Positions 14,924 to 26,600 of a DNA stretch of 32,000 bases are shown one piece after another (positions within the stretch are counted from its first letter, which is position 1; each line of letters starts with the position of its first letter). The stretch is taken from assembly GCF_001457595.1 (NCBI RefSeq), contig NZ_LN831039.1, positions 1-32,000 on the forward strand, in the 5' to 3' direction. This stretch comes from Mycolicibacterium smegmatis. GTDB lineage: Bacteria; Actinomycetota; Actinomycetes; Mycobacteriales; Mycobacteriaceae. Both the position numbers and the translations under genes were made by a program. The notes under the pieces were generated by a model. It saw nothing but the letters and a program-made list of their open reading frames with translations. It was not told the DNA's origin and searched no databases.

Positions 14924-15754
14924 ATGACTCACACGCCAGAGAACGCGGTGCCCGACCGGTTGGGGGCCGTCGACGTCTCGATCGGGTACGACGACCGGAC
15001 CATCATCGACGGTCTGACGGTCCAGGTGCCTGCCGATCGGGTGACCGCGATAGTGGGGCCCAACGCGTGCGGAAAGTCCACACTGTTGCGGGGTTTCGCC
15101 CGGTTGCTCACACCGTCGGCCGGGCGGGTGATCCTCGATGGGCACGACATCGCGACCATGCACACCAAGGACGTGGCGCGCCGACTCGGGTTGCTGCCGC
15201 AGACCTCGATCGCGCCCGAGGGTATCACGGTGGCAGATCTGGTGTCGCGTGGCCGTTTTCCACATCAGAAGGTGTTCCGGCAGTGGTCACGTGACGACGC
15301 GGCCGCGGTCGCCGACGCCATGCGGCACACCGGTGTCACCGAACTGTCGGCACGACTGGTCGACGAACTGTCGGGCGGGCAACGCCAGCGCGTCTGGGTC
15401 GCAATGGTTCTCGCGCAGCAGACGCCCCTGATCCTGCTCGACGAGCCCACCACCTATCTGGACATCGCGCACCAGGTGGAACTGCTCGACCTGTTCGCGA
15501 TGCTCAACCGCGAGCACGGCCGCACCGTGGTGGCGGTGCTGCACGATCTCAACCAGGCCTGCCGCTACGCCGACGAGTTGATCGTCATGAAGGCGGGCCG
15601 CATCGTGGCCCAGGGCGATCCCGACGTCGTGATGTCGGCCGATCTGGTGCGCGACGTCTACGGGCTGGAATGCCAGATCATCGACGACCCGCAGACCGGG
15701 ACACCCCTGATCGTGCCGCGGGCGTCGCGGCACGCGCGGGTGGTCAAACGGTAG
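14924..15754 (+). CDS. Ferric-siderophore ABC transporter ATP-binding protein (FepC-like, fxu locus)
   Basis: Walker A GPNACGKSTLLR, signature [41 protein letters not shown]-loop VLHDLNQACRYAD. ATG 14924 follows GAAAGAA; GTG 14912 is an alternative overlapping start. Confidence 0.92.
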   Translation: MTHTPENAVPDRLGAVDVSIGYDDRTIIDGLTVQVPADRVTAIVGPNACGKSTLLRGFARLLTPSAGRVILDGHDIATMHTKDVARRLGLLPQTSIAPEGITVADLVSRGRFPHQKVFRQWSRDDAAAVADAMRHTGVTELSARLVDELSGGQRQRVWVAMVLAQQTPLILLDEPTTYLDIAHQVELLDLFAMLNREHGRTVVAVLHDLNQACRYADELIVMKAGRIVAQGDPDVVMSADLVRDVYGLECQIIDDPQTGTPLIVPRASRHARVVKR

Positions 15755-16703
15755 CGAATTCCGGTGTGGCGGTCAGGTATCCGCCACCGTGCCCGAAGTA
15801 GTCGAGTGCCGAGTGGTCGATGCCGTCGTCGGTGCGCACCACGTCGAGAACCAGACCCGGTGACCTGCCGCGGAACGCGTCGGCGCCCGCGACGATCACC
15901 ATGCCGCCGTTCTCTTCGATGAACACGCGTCCTGGCGTGCCACCGTAGGTGCATCTCGAGACGTGGGCAGAGATCAGGCGTAGCCGTTCGCCGCGAAAAT
16001 ACGTGTACGCATTGGGATAGGGGTCCGAGAGCGCCCGAATGAACCGCTCGATGTCGGCCGCGGGCCAGGACCAGTCCACCAAACTGTCGCGAGCGGACCG
16101 CTTGTGGAAAAACGTTCGTTGTGAGAGATCCTGCGGAACCGGCGTCGCGGTGCCGTTCTCGATGGCGTCGAGAGCGTCCTCGAGCACATCCGGAATCAGG
16201 TCGAGCGTGTCGTACACCAGGCTGGTGCCGGTGCTGGTCGGGGTGATCTCGACGGACCGCTGCAGCAGGATGTCGCCGGTGTCGAGTTCGTCGTCCATGA
16301 AATGCGCCGTGAGCCCGGTCTGTCCGGCACCGCTGATCAACGACCAGATCACCGGCGAGAAACCGGTGAACTTCGGCAGCAGCGAATCATGCAAATTGAC
16401 GGTGCCGTACTTGGGAATCGAGAACAGTTCGCGCGGCAGGCGGGTACGCCAATTGTTCGCGACGCCGACATCCGGTGCGAGTTCCCTGACACGTTGGACG
16501 AGTTCTGGGGTGGGCCGCTTGGCCAGGAGCACCTCGATTCCCGCGCCGCGCGCCAGGTCCTCCACCGAATCCGCCCAAATCGATTCGTACGCATGGTCAC
16601 TCGTCGGATGAGTCACCACCAGGCACACTTCGTGCCGCGATTTCAACAACGCCTGCAGGGTCCGATGGCCCCACGTCTGGTAGCCGAACATGACCACGCG
16701 CAC
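15744..16703 (-). CDS. fxbA: Exochelin biosynthesis formyltransferase FxbA
   Basis: Formyltransferase fold: VRVVMFGYQTWGHRTLQALLKSRHEV, HDSLLPKFTGFSPVIWSLISGAGQTGLTAHFMDDELDTGDILLQ. Start chosen at GTG 16703 (alternative ATG 16691); the 407-aa track ORF extends implausibly across the divergent promoter. Confidence 0.88.
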   Translation of the reverse strand: MRVVMFGYQTWGHRTLQALLKSRHEVCLVVTHPTSDHAYESIWADSVEDLARGAGIEVLLAKRPTPELVQRVRELAPDVGVANNWRTRLPRELFSIPKYGTVNLHDSLLPKFTGFSPVIWSLISGAGQTGLTAHFMDDELDTGDILLQRSVEITPTSTGTSLVYDTLDLIPDVLEDALDAIENGTATPVPQDLSQRTFFHKRSARDSLVDWSWPAADIERFIRALSDPYPNAYTYFRGERLRLISAHVSRCTYGGTPGRVFIEENGGMVIVAGADAFRGRSPGLVLDVVRTDDGIDHSALDYFGHGGGYLTATPEFATV

Positions 16704-16754
16704 AGGAAACACCCAGCTTTCTGGCAGGTTCGGGGCGGTTTCAACGAGCCCCAC

Positions 16755-16773
16755 ATTGGTAAGCCTTACCTTT
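16755..16773. promoter_or_regulatory. Putative IdeR box in the fxbA / mbtH-like divergent promoter
   Basis: ATTGGTAAGCCTTACCTTT matches 16/19 of TWAGGTWAGSCTWACCTWA; followed on + strand by TAGCAT (16776-16781), a TANNNT -10 candidate. Confidence 0.75.
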
Positions 16774-16898
16774 GATAGCATGCCGGTTGGCTTACGAGAC
16801 GTCCAGTGCTCCGCACGGTAGTCGACAGCCAGGGGGAAGACCACCACGGCCCGCGTTGCGGCATTACGGTGGCCGAAAATCTCGGGGGAAGGAAACGT

Positions 16899-17135
16899 TT
16901 GTCCACCAATCCTTTTGACGACACCGACGGCCGCTTCGTGGTCCTGGTCAACGACGAGGGCCAACATTCGCTGTGGCCCGTGTTCGCCGGCGTTCCCGCA
17001 GGCTGGACGGTCGCGTTCGGCGGCGCCGGCGGCGCTGATCGTGGCAGTGCCCTGCGCTTTGTCGACGAGAACTGGAACGATCTGCGTCCGCGGTCGCTGC
17101 GCGAAGCCACCGACAATACGGCCACATTGGCGTGA
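16899..17135 (+). CDS. MbtH-like protein (TTG start, 78 aa)
   Basis: [67 protein letters not shown]: canonical MbtH motif; RBS GGGGGAAGG. Confidence 0.94.
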   Translation: MSTNPFDDTDGRFVVLVNDEGQHSLWPVFAGVPAGWTVAFGGAGGADRGSALRFVDENWNDLRPRSLREATDNTATLA

Positions 17136-18865
17136 GCATGGCCGACACCACGCGAACCGACCTGTCCTGGACCGGGGTTCGCGTACTTCGGCGCACCGTG
17201 AGCCGAAATCTCAAGTGGCTCACGTCCGGTACGACACTCATCGCCCTGCACCAGCTGTGCGAGGTGTCGGTACCGGTTCTGATCGGCATCATCGTCGACC
17301 GCGCGGTCGCGACCGGCAGCGTCGAAGCGATCATTCGCTGGATCGCCGTCCTCGCCGCACTTTTCGTGGTGTTGACCGTGGTCTACCGATTCGGCGCCCG
17401 GCTGCTGATGTTCGCCATCGCGCGGGAATCGCACCTCTTGCGGGTGGAGTCGAGCGCCAAGATCCTCGACCCGCTGGGTATCGAGACCGACTACAAAGTC
17501 GGTGAACTACTGTCGATCTCGTCGGACGACGCCGACGAGGTCTCCTACCTGCTGGACTACGTGCCGCGGATCGTAGGCGCCGTGGTGGGCACCGTGGTGT
17601 GCGGCGCGGTGTTGCTGAGCATCCATCTACCGCTGGGGCTGATGGTCCTGATCGGTGTGCCAGTCGTGGTGTTCGGCCTGCAATTGACGGCTCCGATGAT
17701 CGCGCGCCGGGTCGAGGACCAACAGGCCGAGATCGGCCGCGCGACGGCCCTGGCCACCGACCTCATCAGCGGACAGCGGCCGTTGCAGGGAATCGGCGCG
17801 CAGGCCAACGCGGCCGCGCGCTACCGTGTCGCGAGCCGTCGCGCGCTGACCGCGACGTTGCGTGCCGCGCGCATCCAGAGCATCCACTCGGGCGCTGCGG
17901 CGGCGGCCGGGGCACTCGCCGCGATGGCGGTGGCCGTGGTCGCGGCCTACTTCGCGATCCGCGGTTCGATGACGGTGGGCCAGTTGATCACCGTGATCGG
18001 CCTCGCCCAGTTCCTCATCGAACCGTTCTCGCTGCTGGCGGTCGTGCCGAGTTGGGTCGCCGAGGCCCGGGCGTCGGCCAACCGCGTCGCTCGCGTCCTG
18101 AGCGCCCCGACCCGCCACTCCCCCGTCTTCGCGGCGGACCCCCGCGACGCCGCGGCCCGCCTGTCGGTCCGCAACGCAACACACGCGGGTCTGAAAAACC
18201 TGTCGTTCGACGTCGAGCCAGGCGAATTCGTCGCGGTACTCACGAGCGACGTCCGCGATGCCGGCGCACTCATCGATCTGCTCTCCGGATATCAGCGAGC
18301 CGAGGACAAAGGCACGGTGCTGGTCGGTGGCCGGCGCCTCGACCAGATCCCGCTGAAAGAGCGCCGCGAACACCTGCTCGTCGAACACCACCTCAGCTCG
18401 TTGTTCAGCGGGACGCTGGAAACCAATCTGAATGTCACAGGAACCGATCCGCGGCGCGGACGGGTCTCCGTCGACGACGCACTACAGGCGTCGTGCGCCG
18501 TCGACGTCGTCGACCTGCACCCCGACGGTCTCGCCCATGCCGTCGTGGAGCGCGGTGCGAGCCTGTCCGGAGGACAACGCCAACGCTGGACCCTGGCCCG
18601 TGCGCTGCTGGCCGATCCGGCCGTCCTGGTGCTGCACGATCCGACCACCGCGATCGACACCGTCACCGAGCAGGTCATCGCCGACGGCATACGCCGGCTG
18701 CGCACGCGCGCGGGACGCACAACGGTGGTCCTCACCAGCAGTCCGGCCTTGCTCGCCGCGGCCGACCGGGTGCTGCTCGTCATCGACGGGCGTCTGGACA
18801 GCGAAGGCACACACCGCGATCTGGTCGACGCCCACTCCGACTACCGGGATCTGGTGACCCGATGA
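17132..18865 (+). CDS. ABC exporter half-transporter 1 (TMD-NBD) with degenerate NBD; siderophore export locus (ExiT-like)
   Basis: 577 aa; N-terminal ABC exporter TMD; NBD keeps [19 protein letters not shown] but has no Walker A GxxGxGK[ST] ([20 protein letters not shown]). Confidence 0.88.
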   Translation: MSMADTTRTDLSWTGVRVLRRTVSRNLKWLTSGTTLIALHQLCEVSVPVLIGIIVDRAVATGSVEAIIRWIAVLAALFVVLTVVYRFGARLLMFAIARESHLLRVESSAKILDPLGIETDYKVGELLSISSDDADEVSYLLDYVPRIVGAVVGTVVCGAVLLSIHLPLGLMVLIGVPVVVFGLQLTAPMIARRVEDQQAEIGRATALATDLISGQRPLQGIGAQANAAARYRVASRRALTATLRAARIQSIHSGAAAAAGALAAMAVAVVAAYFAIRGSMTVGQLITVIGLAQFLIEPFSLLAVVPSWVAEARASANRVARVLSAPTRHSPVFAADPRDAAARLSVRNATHAGLKNLSFDVEPGEFVAVLTSDVRDAGALIDLLSGYQRAEDKGTVLVGGRRLDQIPLKERREHLLVEHHLSSLFSGTLETNLNVTGTDPRRGRVSVDDALQASCAVDVVDLHPDGLAHAVVERGASLSGGQRQRWTLARALLADPAVLVLHDPTTAIDTVTEQVIADGIRRLRTRAGRTTVVLTSSPALLAAADRVLLVIDGRLDSEGTHRDLVDAHSDYRDLVTR

Positions 18866-20631
18866 TCTCCGACGAACCCGTCACGCCTCCGGTTCTGCCG
18901 GTGGCGACCGCCCGACGCTCGGGTGCCTGGCTGATCGCCGATCTGCGTGGTCGGCGCACTGCGCTGGCCGCGGTCGTGACCGTGGGGCTCGCGGCGGCAG
19001 CGGCCTCGGTGGTGCCCATCTATCTGCTCGGCATGCTCGTCGACCGCGTCGAACACGGCGACGGCACACGCGGTCTCGTGGCACTCGGCACGGTGATCGC
19101 GCTGGCTGCCGTCGCGGGTGGCCTGGGCACCGGATTGTCGACCTACCTGACCTCCCGTCTCGGTGAGCAGATGCTCGCCGATCTGCGTGAGCGAGTGCTC
19201 GAGCGCGCACTCAACCTGCCGGCCACGCTCATCGAGGAGAGCGGACGCGGCGACCTGCTGTCTCGGGTCGGTCCGGATGTGGCCGTGGTGGCCCGCACGG
19301 TCGCGCAGGTGTTACCGGTGATCCTCAACGGTTTCTTCCTCGGCGTCGTGACGCTGGTCGGGATGACAACCCTCGACTGGCGCCTGGGTCTCGCGGGCGC
19401 GCTGGCCATCCCGGCCTACATCGCCGGACTGCACTGGTATCTGCCACGATCGGCCCCGATGTACGCCGACGAACGGATCGCGATCGCCAACCGCGCGCAG
19501 GTCACGGTCGAGTCGATCCAGGGTGCGCGGACCATCGACGCCTACGAGATCCACGACCGGCACCTCGCCGACATCGACCGCGCCTCAGGCCGGGCGCGCG
19601 ACATCTCGATCGCGGTGTTCACGTTCTTCACACGTCTGGTGGGCCGCGTCAACCGTGCCGAATTCATCGGCCTGGCCGCCACTTTGGTCGTCGGATTTCT
19701 GCTGGTGCGCTCCGGTGAGACCACCGTCGGCCAGGTCACCGCGGCCGCGCTGATGTTCCACCGGTTGTTCAACCCCGTCGGCGAACTGATGTACAACTTC
19801 GACGAGATCCAGTCGGCATCGGCAAGCCTGGCGCGCCTGGTCGGGGTCATCGACCTGGACGCCCCCGGCCCGGACGCACGGCGAACTGCGCCGGCGAGGC
19901 CCCACGGTGCCGACATCTCCGTCGAGAACGTGTCGTTCGGCTACGGCACGGGACCTGAGGTGCTGCACGGTGTCTCGCTGCACGTACCGGCCGGCACCAG
20001 GTGTGCTCTGGTCGGCACCACAGGCGCGGGCAAGACGACACTCGCCGCGATCGTCGCGGGCCTGCTCACCCCGACGTCGGGACATGCGCGCATCGGTGGC
20101 GTCCCCGTAACCGAGATCGCCGACCTGCGCCGCTGGGTTGCCACGATCACGCAGGAAGTCCACGTCTTCTCCGGGCCGCTCATCGACGACCTGCGGCTCG
20201 TGGCACCGCAGGCCTCCGTCGACGACGTGTGGACCGCGCTGGAGACGGTGGGCGCGAGCACCTGGGTGCGGGCGCTCGACGACGGCCTGGACACGGTCGT
20301 CGGCGAGCACGGCCACGAGTTGACCGCCGCGCAGGCACAACACGTCGCGATGGCCCGCCTGGTGCTCGCCGACCCCGAGGTGGTCGTTCTGGACGAGGCG
20401 ACCGCCGAGGCCGGCAGTGCACACGCCGCCGAACTGGAGGACGCCGCCTCGGCCGCCACCGCGGGCCGGACCACGCTGATCGTCGCACACCGGCTCACGC
20501 AGGCCGCGCAAGCCGATCAGGTCGCCGTCATGGCCGACGGCCGCATCGTCGAAAACGGCACGCACGCAGAGTTGATCGCCCTCGGCGGTCGCTACGCGCG
20601 GCTGTGGCAGGCCTGGATCAGGCACAACTAG
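18862..20631 (+). CDS. ABC exporter half-transporter 2 (TMD-NBD); siderophore export locus (ExiT-like)
   Basis: 589 aa from ATG overlapping the previous stop (ATGA); Walker A GTTGAGKTTLA, Q-loop TQEVHVFSG, Walker B VVVLDEAT, H-loop VAHR; signature replaced by LTAAQ. Track start at 17599 is rejected. Confidence 0.88.
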   Translation: MISDEPVTPPVLPVATARRSGAWLIADLRGRRTALAAVVTVGLAAAAASVVPIYLLGMLVDRVEHGDGTRGLVALGTVIALAAVAGGLGTGLSTYLTSRLGEQMLADLRERVLERALNLPATLIEESGRGDLLSRVGPDVAVVARTVAQVLPVILNGFFLGVVTLVGMTTLDWRLGLAGALAIPAYIAGLHWYLPRSAPMYADERIAIANRAQVTVESIQGARTIDAYEIHDRHLADIDRASGRARDISIAVFTFFTRLVGRVNRAEFIGLAATLVVGFLLVRSGETTVGQVTAAALMFHRLFNPVGELMYNFDEIQSASASLARLVGVIDLDAPGPDARRTAPARPHGADISVENVSFGYGTGPEVLHGVSLHVPAGTRCALVGTTGAGKTTLAAIVAGLLTPTSGHARIGGVPVTEIADLRRWVATITQEVHVFSGPLIDDLRLVAPQASVDDVWTALETVGASTWVRALDDGLDTVVGEHGHELTAAQAQHVAMARLVLADPEVVVLDEATAEAGSAHAAELEDAASAATAGRTTLIVAHRLTQAAQADQVAVMADGRIVENGTHAELIALGGRYARLWQAWIRHN

Positions 20632-20664
20632 ACATCACGAGAAGCACATGGAGGACGCTCGCAC

Positions 20665-23600
20665 GTGACCGCGGATTCGCTGGACATCGCAGAGCTTCTG
20701 GAGCTGTGGAACAACCACTCCACGCCGGAGCACACATCGACCGTCCCGACGCTGTTCGCCGCCCAGTGCGCGCTGACGCCGGACGAGGTGGCCGTGGTCG
20801 ACGGCGAACGGCGGCTCACCTACCGCCACCTCGAGACCCACGTCGCGCAACTCGCGCACGCCGTGCGCGTCGCGGCCGGGGAGGGCCCCGAACCGATCGT
20901 GGCGATCGGTGTCCCGCGGTCGGCCGAGATGGTCGTGTGCGTGCTCGCCGCGATGATGGCCGGTGTCGCGTTCGTACCCCTCGATCCCTCGTGGCCCGCG
21001 CACCGACGCCGCCAGGTCCTCGCCGACTCCGGCGCGGTCGCGACGTTCATCACCCGCGAAGACGAATCCGATTGGGGCGTGCCGGGATTGCGGGTCGACC
21101 TCGGCGCCTGGCAGTTCACGGCCGAGTCGCCCGTGTTGCCGCAGGCCGACGTGCATCCGGCCCAACTGGCGTACGTGATCTTCACCTCGGGCTCGACGGG
21201 CAAGCCCAAGGGCGCGATGATCCGCCACGACGCGATCGCCGAGCGGTTGCAGTGGCAGCGCGATCACATCCTGCACTTCGGCAAGCACGACCACACCGAC
21301 GCGTCACTGTTCAAGGCGCCCTTGTCCTTCGACATTTCGGTCAACGAGATCCTGTTGCCGCTCGTCAGTGGCGGACGCGTGGTGGTCGCGGTCCCCGACG
21401 GCGAGAAGGATCCCGAGTACCTGCTCGAGCTGATCCGCACCGAACAGGTGACGTTCGTGTACCTGGTGTCGTCCATGCTCGACACGTTGCTCGAGCTCGA
21501 CCGGCTCGCGACCGCCGACGGCGCGCCGAGCTCACTGGCGTCGCTGCGCCATGTGTGGTGCGGCGGTGAGGTTCTCACACCCGGTCTGTTCGCGCGGTTC
21601 CGCAAACAGCTGACCACGACGCTTTACCACGGCTACGGCCCGGCCGAGGCCACCATCGGCGTCTCGCACGTGATCTACCGCGACACCGCAGAACGCATCG
21701 CGACCTCGATCGGCCGCCCCAATCCGCACACGCAGCTCTACGTGCTCGACGAGTACCTGCAGCCCGTGCCACCCGGCGTCGGTGGTGAACTGTACGCAGC
21801 CGGATTCCTGCTGGGCCGTGGCTACGTCAACGCACCGTCACTGACCGCGTCCCGCTTCGTCGCGAACCCGTTCGACGGCAACGGATCCCGCATGTACCGC
21901 ACAGGCGATCTGGCGCGGTGGACCGAGGACGGCAGCCTGGAATTCCTGGGTCGCGCCGACAACCAGGTCAAGATCGGTGGCAGGCGCGTCGAACTCGAGG
22001 AGATCGAGTCGCAACTGGCCGACCACCCCGCCGTGCGGCACGCGGTCGTGGACGTGCACCGCCAGGGCGGTGCGGATGTGCTGGTGGGCTACCTGGTGGC
22101 CGCCGACGGCGTGCGCAACGACGCGGCGTGGCACGCGGAGGTCGCCGACTGGGCACGCACCCGCCTGCCGGAGTACATGGTGCCCAAGGCCTTCGTGGCC
22201 CTCGAGCGGGTTCCTCTGACCGCCAACGGCAAAACCGACCGACGGGCGCTTCCCGCGCCAGATCTCGAGCGCAGCGGCACCGTCAAGCCGCCCCGCACAC
22301 CGCGCGAGACCGTGCTGTGCCAGGTCTTCGCCGACGCGCTCGACATCGACGCGGTCGGCGTCGACGAGGACTTCTTCGCCCTCGGTGGCGACAGCATCGT
22401 CGCGATCCGCGTCGTGAGCCGGCTGCGCGCCGCGGGCTACACCCTGCGACCGCGCGACATGTTCGCCCACCGCACGGTCGAGGCACTGGCGCCCCTGCTC
22501 GGCGACTCCGATGTCCGGGACACCGGTCCGGCCGTCGACCCCACCGGCGCTGCCACACCCACGCCCATCCTGCGGTGGCTCGACGAGGTCGGCACCGCGG
22601 GATCCGTGCTGAACGGATTCCACCAGGGCATGTCGCTCGTGACACCGGCCGATGCCGACGAGAACACACTGCGCGCGGCGATCGCGGCCACCGTGCGGCG
22701 CCACCACGTTCTGTGGGCTCCGCCCGGACGCACCGCGTCGGACATCGACATCCCCGGTACGCCGCCCGAGACCCGGCTGCTGATCGCCGATGCTTCCGAC
22801 GGAATCCCTGCGCAGGCCGAAAAGGTTGCACGGCAACTGGTGTCCCTGCTCGACACCGCCAGGATCGCATTCGGCTGGATCCGGCGCCCGGCCGCGCCCG
22901 GCCGTCTCGTGGTGATCGCCGACCACACCGTGATCGACGGCGTCTCGCTGCGGATTCTCGCCGAGGACATCGCCACCGCCTACGGGCTGATCGCAGAAGG
23001 CCGGGCCGTCGAACTGCCCACGCCGCACACCTCGTGGCGGGCCTGGGCACAGCGCCTCGCCGATACCGCGGCCGCCGGTGGATTCGACGCCGATCTCGAG
23101 CACTGGCAGCAGGTGTGCGCGACAACCGAGACGCCGTGGGGCGACCGGGCATTGGACCCCGCGATCGATACCGTCGCCACCGAATCCCGGCTGACCGTCG
23201 AGCTGCCGTCCGCGGTCACCGACGCGATCCTCACCACCGTGCCCGACCGGATCCACGGCCACGTCAACGACGCCCTGGTCGCGGCGCTGTACCTGGCGCT
23301 GCGCCGGTGGCTGCACACGCGCGGCGTGGGTGCCGACACCCTGCTGGTCGAGATGGAAGGCCACGGCCGCGAGGGCCACCTCGTCGACTCGGACACGGCA
23401 GGCCTCGACCTGTCGAACACCGTCGGCTGGTTCACCACGCTGTACCCGGTCGCCCTGCGCGACGCCGAATTCGACTGGCAGGCAGCCGTCTCCGGCGGGC
23501 CTCAGCTGGGTGCGGCGGTGCGCTCGGTCAAGGATCAGCTTCGGTCGGTGCCGTCGCACGGGTTCAGCTACGGTGCACTGCGCTACCTGCGTGACGGCAC

Positions 23601-26600
23601 CAGCGGTCTCGAGGCCGCGCCGCAGGTGCTGTTCAACTACCTGGGCCGCTTCGGCACCGCCGACCGGCCATGGGCTCTCGCGAACGACACCACCGCGGTG
23701 CTCGAGGACCGCGATCCGGGCATGCCGCTGCCGCGTCTGCTCGAGGTCAACGCGGAGGCCGTCACCACCGCTGACGGCTCCGTGCTCCGCGCGACGTTCA
23801 GTTGGCCCGCCCACGCCGTCGCGGAGGTCGACGTGCGCACGCTGGCCGGCATGTGGACGGACCTGCTCACCGCGATCGCCTCGAGCGACGACGTGCGAGG
23901 GCACAGTGCATCGGACTTCGACCGCGTCAGCGTCACGGCGGACGACGTCGCCGAACTCGAACGCCGCTACCCCGGTCTCACCGACCTCCTGCCGCTCACG
24001 CCGACGCAGCAGGGCATCTATTTCCACTCGACCTTCAGCCGCGACCGCGACCCCTACGTGGTGCAGCAGATCGTCGACATCACCGGCCCGCTGGACACCG
24101 AACGCTTCCAGCGCGCAACCGAATCCGTGGCCGCGCGCCACCGTGCGCTTGGGGCCGTGTTCACGACGCTGTCCGACGGCACCCCGGTCGCGGTGCACGC
24201 CGCGACGGTCGCACCCGACTTCGACGTCCTCGACGCCCGCCACGCCGCCGATCCGTCGACTGTGGTCGCGCAACGTGCCCGGTGGGAGCGTGAGCGCCGC
24301 TTCGACCTGGCCGCCGCGCCGCTGACCCGTTACACGCTGGTCCGCCGCCGCGACGACCTGCACACCATGATCCAGACCGTGCACCACATCGTCGCCGACG
24401 GGTGGTCGGTGCCCATCGTGCTGGACGATCTGCTCACGGCCTACGCAGGTGACGATTTCGACGGTCCCGCACCGGAATTCGCACGCTTTGTCGACTGGCT
24501 CGAGCAGCGCGACACCGACGCCGACCGTGCGGCCTGGGCGCCTGCGCTCGAGGACATCACCGAACCCACGCGCCTGGCCGCCGCTGACGGCGCCCGTGGC
24601 CGTACAACCGGCTCCGGTTTCGGCACCCGCACCGTGACCCTGCAGTCCCGCAGCGCGGTCGCCGACGCCGCCAACGGTGCTGCGGTCACCGTCGGCACCC
24701 TGCTGCACACCGCATGGGGGCTCGCACTGGGGCGGCTCACCGGACGCGACGACGTCGTGTTCGGCACTGTGGTCTCGGGTCGTGGCGCAGATGTGCACGG
24801 CATCGAGTCGATGGTCGGCCTGCTGGTCAACACCGTCCCGGTGCGCGTGGCCTGGAGCGCCGACGACACCGGCGCCGATGTCGCGGGGCGCCTCGCTGCC
24901 GTGGAATCCACGCTGCTCGAACACCATCACCTGCCGCTGACCGAGGCGCACCGCCTCGCGGGGGTCGGCGAACTGTTCGACACGCTCGTCGTGATCGAGA
25001 ACCTCGGCGCGACAACGCATACGCGCGGCGACCTGACATTGGGTGACATCGGCGTGATCGAGGCTCCGCATTACCCGCTGACGCTCATGATCAGCGTGCG
25101 CGACACCATCACGGTGACCGTCACCAACGACCGCGAGCACGTCTCCGACGTGCTGGCCGACACCGCGGTCGCCGCGTTCACCGAGGTGTTGACGGCGCTC
25201 ACAGCCGATCCCGGGGTGTCCCCCGGCGACATCGCGCTGCCCGCACCGCAGGCGACCGCCCCACCGACGCAGGCGCCGCAGACCGTCACAGATCTGATCG
25301 CGGCCGCGATCGCGGAGCACCGCGACGATATCGCCCTGGTGGTCGGCGAGACCGAGTGGACCTACGGCCAACTCGGCGCCCGCGCAGGTGAACTCGCCGC
25401 AGCGCTGGCCGAGGCGGGTGTGCGCCGCGGCGACATCGTGGCGCTCGCGACCGCTCGTTCGGCGGACCTGGTGGCCGCGATCTGGGCGATCATCGCCGCG
25501 GGCGCGGCGTATCTCCCGGTCGACCTCGCCTATCCGCGGACCCGTATCGAGTACATGCTGCGCCATGCGCGCCCCACCGCGGTGATCGCCGACGGTGTGG
25601 GAGCGCACGTGGTGTCCGGGGCCCTGCCTGCGGACACGATCGTCGTCTCGACCACGGCAACACACGCCGCCGTGCCCTTCACGCCGGTGCCGGTGGACGG
25701 CGCCGACGCGGTTTCGGTGCTCTACACCTCGGGTTCAACGGGTGAACCCAAGGCCGTGGTCGGCACACACGCGGCGCTGGCCAACCGCCTCGCGTGGGCG
25801 GTCGAGGCCTGGCCCGCCGCGACGCGCATCGCGAAGAGCTCGCTGTCGTTCATCGACGGCACCACCGAACTGCTCGCCGGTCTCGCGGCAGGCGCGCGCA
25901 CGGTGCTGGCAGGCGATGAGACCGCTCGCGACGGCAGGCGCCTCGCGCAACTCGTGGCCGCGCACGGCGTCGAACAGCTGCTCGCCGTACCGTCACTGGC
26001 CGCGGTGCTCGCCGACGAACGCACCGAAGATGTTGCCGAGCTGAACCGTTGGATCGTCAGCGGTGAGGCCCTGGAGCCTCGGCATCTGCACGCACTGCGG
26101 ACGGCTTGCCCCACCGCCGAGATCGTGAACTCATACGGATCCTCCGAGGTGGCCGGGGATGTGCTCGCCGGTGTGCAGGATGACGCGGGCATCACGCTCG
26201 GCGCGGCCGTGCCGGGGGCAGGCATCCGGATCCTCGACAGCCGGCTGCGGCAGCTTCCCGCCGGGGTGATCGGCGAGATCTACGTCACGGGTGGGCAATT
26301 GGCGCGCGGTTACCTGGGCCGGCCCGGGCAGACCGCGACACGGTTCGTCGCGGCGCCCGGCGGTGAGCGGATGTACCGCACGGGTGACCTCGGCGCGTTG
26401 CTGCCCGACGGTCGCGTCGTGTTCGCGGGCCGCGCCGACGATCAGCTCAAGATCAACGGCCACCGTGTCGAACCCGGCGAGATCGAGAGCGTGCTGGCAC
26501 GGCAACCCGGTGTCCGGGAAGCCGCCGTGATCGGCACGGGAACGCAACTCGCCGCGTTCGTGGTGCTGGAGTCCGACGCCCCCGGCGCCGGTGATCTGCT

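Noticed and set aside
17599-18861. 5' extension of the second ABC half-transporter (1010-aa track ORF)
   Set aside because: The upstream ~420 codons overlap exporter subunit 1 out of frame and are Arg/Pro/Gly-rich; ATG 18862 overlapping the previous stop is the credible start.
20001-21569. 522-aa plus-strand ORF spanning the ABC exporter end and NRPS start
   Set aside because: Out-of-frame with both the ABC NBD and the A1 domain; composition typical of a shadow frame.
21838-25665. 1275-aa minus-strand ORF over the NRPS
   Set aside because: Antisense shadow ORF of high-GC coding sequence; low-complexity Arg/Gly/Val-rich product without recognisable domains; the sense frame has clear NRPS domains.
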